DNA of 12,731 nucleotides from Candidatus Hermodarchaeota archaeon (GTDB lineage Archaea > Asgardarchaeota > Thorarchaeia > Thorarchaeales > Thorarchaeaceae), in NCBI GenBank assembly GCA_048885865.1, contig JBHLLF010000067.1, positions 1 to 12,731 on the forward strand. The letters are read 5' to 3'. The position numbers and the translations under genes are program-made. Below the pieces are notes generated by a model, which worked only from the letters and a program-made list of their open reading frames with translations, was not told where the DNA came from and made no database searches. Positions within the stretch are counted from its first letter, which is position 1. Every line of letters begins with the position of its first letter. Positions 6,651-12,731 of the stretch are shown in pieces.

Positions 6651-7286
6651 ATGAGTGAAACAGAGATTCCAGAAGCTGAGCTCTTGACACCAATGGACAA
6701 GTACTTGGCTGCGGGATGCCATATTGGAACGCAGGTAAAGACCCAAGACATGGATCCTTTTGTCTATCGGCAGCGCCCAATCGGACTCTATGTCCTAGAT
6801 GTGAGAAAGACTGACGAGCGAATCAGAACCGCTGGCAAGTTCATCGCACGGTTTGATCCCTCCAAGATAGTTGTGGTGTCAGGTCGTGTTTACGGAAAAC
6901 GTCCCGTAGAAACCTTTGCCTACTACATTGGGGCGAATGCCTTTACTGAACGATTTGTACCAGGGACTCTTACAAATCCCAACATTGCTGGCCCCCGGGT
7001 ATATGTAGAGCCTGAACTCGTTATCCTCACTGACCCACGTACAGACCAGCAGGCCCTTTCTGAGGCGGCAAGGATTGGAGTACCAGTGATAGCACTGTGC
7101 GATACTGACAATCAGACAACCAATGTGGACCTCGTGATTCCATCGAACAACAGAGGTCGTAAAGCATTGGCGCTTGTCTATTTCCTACTCACGCGTCAGG
7201 TGTTGCTAGAACGCGGGACCCTCACAGAGGAGGAGGAAACCGCATTCACAGCTGAGGACTTCGAGCCTCAGGTCCAACGGTTCTAG
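6651..7286 (+). CDS. rps2: 30S ribosomal protein uS2
   Basis: [44 protein letters not shown]...[27 protein letters not shown] 6651. Confidence 0.98.
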   Translation: MSETEIPEAELLTPMDKYLAAGCHIGTQVKTQDMDPFVYRQRPIGLYVLDVRKTDERIRTAGKFIARFDPSKIVVVSGRVYGKRPVETFAYYIGANAFTERFVPGTLTNPNIAGPRVYVEPELVILTDPRTDQQALSEAARIGVPVIALCDTDNQTTNVDLVIPSNNRGRKALALVYFLLTRQVLLERGTLTEEEETAFTAEDFEPQVQRF

Positions 7287-7681
7287 GCTTCATGAATGGA
7301 GACGATGCCTCGATCGGCGTCGACCTCCACTCTTTGTCCTGTTTTTATCTTTTCAATCTCGATACTGTCTACAGTCGGAATCTCAGATATTATGCTGCCA
7401 ACAGCAATGACTGGATCGGTTTCTCTGTTGATTATCGCCGCAGGGGCTTTCTCAGCCTTCTTCAATGCATACAAGACGTATGAGCCAACAGTCGATCCCT
7501 TACCGCTCGGCATCACCAATACCTTTCCAGATACTGACTTACCTTCCAAGGGGTGATCTTTCTCAACCACTTCACCGGTTTCCGGATCAACTCCTCCATA
7601 GAAACTGATGTCAACAGTTGTCACTAGCGCGTCTCCCTCGGCTTTCCCCTTGTAGATCTTGCGTCCTTGAAACTCAGTCAT
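7283..7681 (-). CDS. Phosphomevalonate dehydratase small subunit (aconitase X swivel domain, DUF126)
   Basis: G.AEG.ALV....[13 protein letters not shown]....HPL.G......[20 protein letters not shown] 7681 overlaps the large-subunit stop (ATGA). Confidence 0.9.
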   Translation of the reverse strand: MTEFQGRKIYKGKAEGDALVTTVDISFYGGVDPETGEVVEKDHPLEGKSVSGKVLVMPSGKGSTVGSYVLYALKKAEKAPAAIINRETDPVIAVGSIISEIPTVDSIEIEKIKTGQRVEVDADRGIVSIHEA

Positions 7682-8865
7682 GCGAGCGCCTCCTTGATAC
7701 ATTCATCCACAGTTCTAATCTTGATATCGAACTTGTTCTTTCCCCTTGCATAGAAGCATGCCTTTGCAGAGTCGGTCATAAGTCCCTTGAATCGGCCTTT
7801 GAGCGGTGCAACTGCACAACAAGCGTCACTCACTAGATATGCTCCCGCTTTCTCTATCTTGTCATAATACCCCATCTTGATGGCAACGTCTTTAGTTGGC
7901 TTTGCTGTAGTAATCCAGACAGTCTTTCCATCAGCCACTTTCTTTCCATCAAGCATCTCTGCTATCTTGGCAATATCGTTTATACTCGCGTGAGGACAAC
8001 CAACGCTGATGAAGTCAATCTCTGCAGATTCATCGTCAAGTTCCCGTCTTGCTGTTTCAAGGTTTTCCTGAGTCACTGTTTCGGTAATGTCGGGTACAGT
8101 TGTACGGTTTGGTGTAATCCCTTCCATATGGAAAAGCGCAACTCCACCATATGTGGCCACCGAAGCGCAAAACGATCTCAACTGGTCAGTAGTCGCATGA
8201 GAAACGCAGGTTATGTAGGGAATACTCTTACCAGTTCTATCACCAATCACCTTGCCAAGTAGACCGAAGTCATCTGTGTTCTTCAATTCAGGTTTGACTT
8301 CATATCCCACCTGTGCCATCCGATTCTTCTCAAGATGAAACCCATACTCTGCGGTCTTCCCGGTCAATGCAGAGGCTAAGGCACTGGGGCCTCCTTCCCT
8401 GTTAGTAAGAGCGCCAATCACAGAGTTGGCAAAGCATACGGCTGAAGACTCAGCCCACGCGATGTGTTCACCATAGTGGGGTAGATTGCCAATCAGATAA
8501 GGTGTGCACGTACAGGTCGTCACAACCCCCATCTTGGCAAATGCATCGACCACCCTCTGTTGGTTCTCGGCGAACTCTTCACTGATTCCATGTTTCTCCC
8601 ACTCCAGCATATCCATCCCAGCAGGATTAAGTGTGGTCAAGACTTGAGTTTGGCCGTCCTCGGCCATCTCTGAGAGGTATTCCAGTCCTGCCTCTCCAAG
8701 ATTGTGATAGGAAACTCCTGCGATCTGAACGCTTGTAACAGGTATTAGCCGCTCAGCTCCATAGATCTCTCCCAAGGTCGTGATTATCTCCATTGCTTTG
8801 CGGGTTGCCTTTCCATGCTTTCCTTCAAGCATGTCCTTCTCATCATCTGTGAGCTTCAGTCCCAT
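7678..8865 (-). CDS. Phosphomevalonate dehydratase large subunit (aconitase X catalytic domain, DUF521)
   Basis: LT..E..ML.G..G, GVSY.NLG, TTLNPAG.D, CTCTPY, WAESSA..FANSV.GA.TNREGGPSAL, GCPH and D.C Fe-S ligands. ATG 8865 follows GGGTGA; GTG 8874 is the alternative. Confidence 0.92.
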   Translation of the reverse strand: MGLKLTDDEKDMLEGKHGKATRKAMEIITTLGEIYGAERLIPVTSVQIAGVSYHNLGEAGLEYLSEMAEDGQTQVLTTLNPAGMDMLEWEKHGISEEFAENQQRVVDAFAKMGVVTTCTCTPYLIGNLPHYGEHIAWAESSAVCFANSVIGALTNREGGPSALASALTGKTAEYGFHLEKNRMAQVGYEVKPELKNTDDFGLLGKVIGDRTGKSIPYITCVSHATTDQLRSFCASVATYGGVALFHMEGITPNRTTVPDITETVTQENLETARRELDDESAEIDFISVGCPHASINDIAKIAEMLDGKKVADGKTVWITTAKPTKDVAIKMGYYDKIEKAGAYLVSDACCAVAPLKGRFKGLMTDSAKACFYARGKNKFDIKIRTVDECIKEALA

Positions 8866-8866
8866 C

Positions 8867-10174
8867 TCAGTCACCCAAGAACTTCTTCAAATCAACTTCC
8901 GGAAAATCCGCCTTGTCAAAGCTCTTTCCCTTAGTATCCAAGGTCTTAGTACAGTCAAAACCAATCTTAGTGGTCATCTTTGTGCCCGGTTCAGCACTCG
9001 GATCCAACGAGCTACCTGGCTCAGGGTCCTTTATTAGCAGATCCACATCACCCTGAAACCTAGTCGCCATCGCCCATTCCCGCTCCTCCTCGTTGTAGAT
9101 GTCTATGTCTTCATCATAGACCCAGACATGTTTAGCACTCTTATGCCCCTCAAAGGCGCCCTCAATTGCCTTCAGTCCATCATCATCGTGTTCCTTCTCT
9201 ACTTGAACAGCGATATGTAGCCAGCTCGATCCGCCTGGAGTGATATTGACATCAAGGACTTTGACGCCCTTCTCCTTGACACTCCTAAATACAGTTGGTT
9301 CTCTAGGCATTCCCATCAATACCTTATGCTCAGACCGCCCCGGCAAAAGACCCTGCCATATCGCGGTCTTACGATGTGTTATTTTCTTAACTTCAAAGAT
9401 GGGCTCTTGACGGACAACATCAACTGTTTCAGTCAGATCAATAAAGGGCCCCTCGTCATGTTTTTCCTCAAGTACTACCCTTCCCTCAAAGACGAACTCG
9501 GAATCTGCAGGTATCATCAAGTCTACAGACTTAGCTTTTGTGACCTTGATTGGCTTGAGCGCATTGGCGATCTCTAGCTCATCAACTCCAGTTTCTACAG
9601 ATGTCGCAGCAGCCACAAGCACTTCTGCAGTATTCCCGATACAGTATGCCACCTCAATCTCGCCATTTCGTTCTAGAAACTTGTAAAAATCGCGGCCCCT
9701 CACTACTCTTGTGACCATCTTGTCCTTGCTGATTTGCATGGCACGATGGAAGTCTAGATTCTGTCCATACTCCGGATCCTTTGCTACAACGACACCTGAT
9801 GATATGTAGGGCCCGCCATCGATCTCATTATGCAGGAGAATTGGATACTTATCGAGATTAACACCATCAGCAACAATCTCTTGACAAGCTGCCTTTTCTG
9901 TCACCTCTGGAGGGCTGCGATTCTCAATTGCAGAGGCAAGAGTGGGGATTAGCTTGCGGGTTTCTATTCCAAAATAGTCTGCAATCTGTCCCTTTGTGCA
10001 GAAGAGATTTCCAGCCACCCTGAACTCAACTTCCTTAACGTTCTCGAATAGGACCGGCTCAGGCTCCAATGCCTTTAGAACACCAGCAATCTCAAGTTTC
10101 TTCGAGATAGCCTTGTGAATAGTTGTGAGCTTTCCTGCCTTTGCTAGATTTTCTATATGCTTTTCAAGTATCAT
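8867..10174 (-). CDS. UbiD-family prFMN-dependent decarboxylase, probable anhydromevalonate phosphate decarboxylase
   Basis: PIL.H...DGGPYISSG, FHR, EGPF.DLT, EH..LMG.P.EP, D.DIDI...WA.ATRFQ, GSSLDPS. Operonic with mvk and the AcnX subunits. ATG 10174 follows GAGGTG. Confidence 0.9.
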   Translation of the reverse strand: MILEKHIENLAKAGKLTTIHKAISKKLEIAGVLKALEPEPVLFENVKEVEFRVAGNLFCTKGQIADYFGIETRKLIPTLASAIENRSPPEVTEKAACQEIVADGVNLDKYPILLHNEIDGGPYISSGVVVAKDPEYGQNLDFHRAMQISKDKMVTRVVRGRDFYKFLERNGEIEVAYCIGNTAEVLVAAATSVETGVDELEIANALKPIKVTKAKSVDLMIPADSEFVFEGRVVLEEKHDEGPFIDLTETVDVVRQEPIFEVKKITHRKTAIWQGLLPGRSEHKVLMGMPREPTVFRSVKEKGVKVLDVNITPGGSSWLHIAVQVEKEHDDDGLKAIEGAFEGHKSAKHVWVYDEDIDIYNEEEREWAMATRFQGDVDLLIKDPEPGSSLDPSAEPGTKMTTKIGFDCTKTLDTKGKSFDKADFPEVDLKKFLGD

Positions 10175-10187
10175 TAACACACCTCAG

Positions 10188-11129
10188 CTAAAGTCCGAAT
10201 GTAGTATTGTAGACAAATGGTGAACCCCACTTTTCAAGAGCGCCTGAAACCTGTTTCTGAGTTTCTGCATCAGGAGCCACCGAGATCATGTTCCCTCCCC
10301 GCCCTGTACCAGTAACTTTCGAGCCAATGGCACCGGTCCTTCTAGCTATTTCAACCATCTCGTCCAATTCCTTACATGAAACAGTCAGTTCTTGCAGGAG
10401 TTCATGGTTTCTGTTCATTAATGATCCAACTCGATCTATGTCGAGTCTAAGAAGAGCATCACGTGCTTCATGAACCAAATCTTTGTACTCTGAGGAAATT
10501 TCATCGAACCATTTGGGGTTTTTCTCCTTCTTAGCCCGAACATCCCCCACTACTTCTGTGGTACTAGCTGTGAGACCGGTTGATGCTATTGTCAAATGCA
10601 CTGAATCAGCGAGCTTCATCTTCTCAAAGGTCGGAGGCCCTCCATCAAGGTCTCTTATGTACCAGATGAGCCCTCCAAAAGTAGACGCAGTGTTATCAAT
10701 CCCCGAAGGGGTGCCATGGTATCCTTTCTCACCCTCAAATGCGATCTCGTTTATCTTGTCGTCATCAAATCCAAGTCCGAACTCGTCACTCAATGCACGA
10801 GCCAAAGAAACACAACTGGCTGCACTGGCTCCAAAACCTGATGCGCCGACCAAGTCGCCCTCATATTCGATAAAGATTCCCTTGTCACTGAGGTCGACGC
10901 CTGCAGCTTTGATCACATTGTCAATCGAAACGACCTGTTCATCTAATTTTTTTGCCTTGTAGCCTGGAACCTCAGGTCTTCTGTCATCAAGCTGCCAGCC
11001 AAGATCCTTGGATCGGCTAACGTATGCTATGGTCTTAGAGGATATCCCTGCAGCTAGTGCTGGAAGACCGTAGACGACAAAGTGCTCTCCGAATAGGATG
11101 CTCTTACCGAATCCTACGCCTTCGCCCAT
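10188..11129 (-). CDS. mvk: Mevalonate kinase (GHMP family)
   Basis: GKSILFGEHFVVYG, SGFGASAA, E..YHGTPSGIDN...FGG, LMN.NH.LL..L.VS..ELD and G.K.TGTGRGG motifs. Confidence 0.93.
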   Translation of the reverse strand: MGEGVGFGKSILFGEHFVVYGLPALAAGISSKTIAYVSRSKDLGWQLDDRRPEVPGYKAKKLDEQVVSIDNVIKAAGVDLSDKGIFIEYEGDLVGASGFGASAASCVSLARALSDEFGLGFDDDKINEIAFEGEKGYHGTPSGIDNTASTFGGLIWYIRDLDGGPPTFEKMKLADSVHLTIASTGLTASTTEVVGDVRAKKEKNPKWFDEISSEYKDLVHEARDALLRLDIDRVGSLMNRNHELLQELTVSCKELDEMVEIARRTGAIGSKVTGTGRGGNMISVAPDAETQKQVSGALEKWGSPFVYNTTFGL

Positions 11130-11258
11130 TCTCTCACACTCAGTCCCTGAGATTTGCAGTCGGAAGGCGTAGCGTCACTTTTGAACTCTTCCTTATTCCC
11201 CAATCAGCTAGTCTAGTACGCAAGACTCTTGTTCTTCGATAAAGATGGAATACTCAAC

Positions 11259-12221
11259 ATGAAAGTACTGGATCTCTTTTCGGGTGCTGGTGGCTTCTCC
11301 TCGGGCTTTGCAGGTACAAATGATGCACATCTCGCTGTAGACATTGATCCAGTAGCTATGGAAACCTACTCTCTTAACTACCCCTCATCCATGGTAATTC
11401 AGCGAAACATTAGAGACCTTCACTCGACTGAATTGGAACATGAACTCGGAGGTATACCTGACATCATCATAGCATCTCCACCATGTGAGGAGTTCAGCCA
11501 GGCCAATCCAGACAGTGCGAAATCTGCCGCTGAGAGAATATATGGGACTGGCACTGCGCGTCTCCTGCTCGACACAATCAGGATAATCGGTGATCTATCA
11601 CCTCAAGTATTCGTGATTGAAAATGTAGCAGCTCTCATTAAGGCTGGAGGTAGAGAGATTGTTCGTCGGGAGCTTGAAAGAGTTGGAATTGATGATGTAA
11701 GGTTCAACCTAGTACGGGCGCATCATCACGGCAATCCATCCAAGCGCCTTCGACTGTTCATTAGCAATGTGAAACTGAATCTTCCTCGTGGAGTTTCTCC
11801 CCGGGTGATGGAAGCTATCGGAGATTTACCTCCATTAGACCAAGATGCTCTCTTTTCGCCTACAAATGAGGTCCCAAACCACGAACGACACTCAGTGACT
11901 GAGGACAAGCTGAAAGAAATCAGAAGAACTCGATGGCGTCATGGTGCCAAACGTTTCCGAGCTAGTAAGAAGAGAAGTCTACCCAATTGGGTTCGGTTGA
12001 CCCCTGATCAGATAGCCACCTCAATCATTGGTCTGTCTCGTTATATACATCCATTTGAGAATAGACTTCTCACTGTTCGCGAACACGCAAGACTCATGAG
12101 CTATCCTGACTCATTTGTGTTCACAGGACCAAAGGACAGCCAATACAATCAAGTGGGTGAGAGTGTTCCACCCCTGATATCCCATCTAATTGCAGAGGAG
12201 GTCCGAACATACCTTGAATGA
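11259..12221 (+). CDS. Orphan C5 cytosine methyltransferase (DNA_methylase/COG0270 family)
   Basis: Motif I DLFSGAGG, IV SPPC (catalytic Cys), VI ENV, VIII G.PSKRLR, IX IHP..NRLLTVREHARLMSYPD, X YNQVGESVPP. ATG 11259. Confidence 0.9.
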   Translation: MKVLDLFSGAGGFSSGFAGTNDAHLAVDIDPVAMETYSLNYPSSMVIQRNIRDLHSTELEHELGGIPDIIIASPPCEEFSQANPDSAKSAAERIYGTGTARLLLDTIRIIGDLSPQVFVIENVAALIKAGGREIVRRELERVGIDDVRFNLVRAHHHGNPSKRLRLFISNVKLNLPRGVSPRVMEAIGDLPPLDQDALFSPTNEVPNHERHSVTEDKLKEIRRTRWRHGAKRFRASKKRSLPNWVRLTPDQIATSIIGLSRYIHPFENRLLTVREHARLMSYPDSFVFTGPKDSQYNQVGESVPPLISHLIAEEVRTYLE

Positions 12222-12225
12222 AACA

Positions 12226-12690
12226 ATGAAAGACGTCTACGTTGTACTCCACAATGTCCATGCTGTGAGCAAGGTGATTGAAACTGCTCAGGTAGTCTAT
12301 GGACTCGGCTTTCCTAACTTCATAGTGTCGAAAGCTGAAGGCTCTGCAGCTCAGACTGGAGTGCCTGAATCAAACCGTCTTGCTATGAAAATGAAGGGGA
12401 GCTTTGCAGTCTTGCCGGACCTTCGCGATGTTCTTGAAATGTTGGCTGTTGAAAGTCCCATCATGATTACTTCGCCAGTACTTGTGAAGGAGCGCGCAGA
12501 TATCAATGGAATTGCAAAGAGGATTCGGGACGGAGAGCGAATTGTGATAGCCCTCTCGGGAAGTAATAGCTCGTTTTCTCGGAAAGAAATGGACATGGGA
12601 GCGTGTTTCAGTCTTGAAGCCAAGGTGGACATAGGCCCTGCAGGTTCGGCAGCTATTCTTCTTCATGACATTGCTTCTGCTCTTTCATAG
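12226..12690 (+). CDS. COG4080/DUF2122 protein (often labelled 'RecB-family nuclease'; SPOUT-fold methyltransferase-like)
   Basis: VVLHN.......E.A...YGLG...F..SKA.GSAAQ.GVPE...LA.K.......LPDL.D..E.L N-terminus, SG....FSRKE loop and C-terminal IGP.G..AILL helix, as in SPOUT enzymes. Recognised from memory of the family. Confidence 0.75.
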   Translation: MKDVYVVLHNVHAVSKVIETAQVVYGLGFPNFIVSKAEGSAAQTGVPESNRLAMKMKGSFAVLPDLRDVLEMLAVESPIMITSPVLVKERADINGIAKRIRDGERIVIALSGSNSSFSRKEMDMGACFSLEAKVDIGPAGSAAILLHDIASALS

Positions 12691-12712
12691 CATTTCTAGT
12701 CTGAAAATGAAG

Positions 12713-12731
12713 TGGTGGGCCGGACGAGATT
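12713..12731 (-). tRNA. 3' end of a tRNA gene with encoded CCA (truncated by the window edge; identity unknown)
   Basis: Minus strand reads AAT CTCGT CCGGCCC A CCA: end of T-loop, 3' T-stem, 3' acceptor strand, discriminator A73 and CCA. Confidence 0.75.

Noticed and set aside
5148-12666. Remaining small alternative-frame or antisense ORFs (e.g. 5148-5498, 5699-5980, 5908-6237, 7990-8262, 10483-10962, 12351-12666)
   Set aside because: All overlap confidently assigned genes and lack independent coding evidence.
11259-12731. tRNA-integrated defence island or type II R-M system
   Set aside because: No integrase, att repeat, obvious composition shift or recognisable endonuclease is visible.

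Overview
Archaeal core-genome window, most likely from an Asgard archaeon (Thorarchaeia-like; inferred from the Arf-like small GTPase, gene content and moderate GC). From left to right: the 5' part of aIF5B/infB (-); an ndk with an acidic C-terminal extension, inverted relative to its usual operon (+); rpl24e-rps28e-rpl7ae (-); egsA, the G1P dehydrogenase (-); a small GTPase (+); the rpoD-rpl18e-rpl13-rps9-rpoN-rps2 operon (+); a convergent four-gene operon of the modified (Aeropyrum-type) archaeal mevalonate pathway: mvk, UbiD-type decarboxylase, AcnX large and small subunits (-); an orphan C5 cytosine methyltransferase next to a COG4080/DUF2122 SPOUT-like protein (+); and the 3' end of a tRNA gene (-). 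The most notable points are several structured non-coding leaders (a K-turn candidate upstream of rpoD, the L7Ae autoregulatory K-turn and a long hairpin upstream of the GTPase), a mevalonate kinase resembling the kinetoplastid enzyme, and the methyltransferase pair, which may be an RNA-modification module. No mobile elements or CRISPR arrays were seen.
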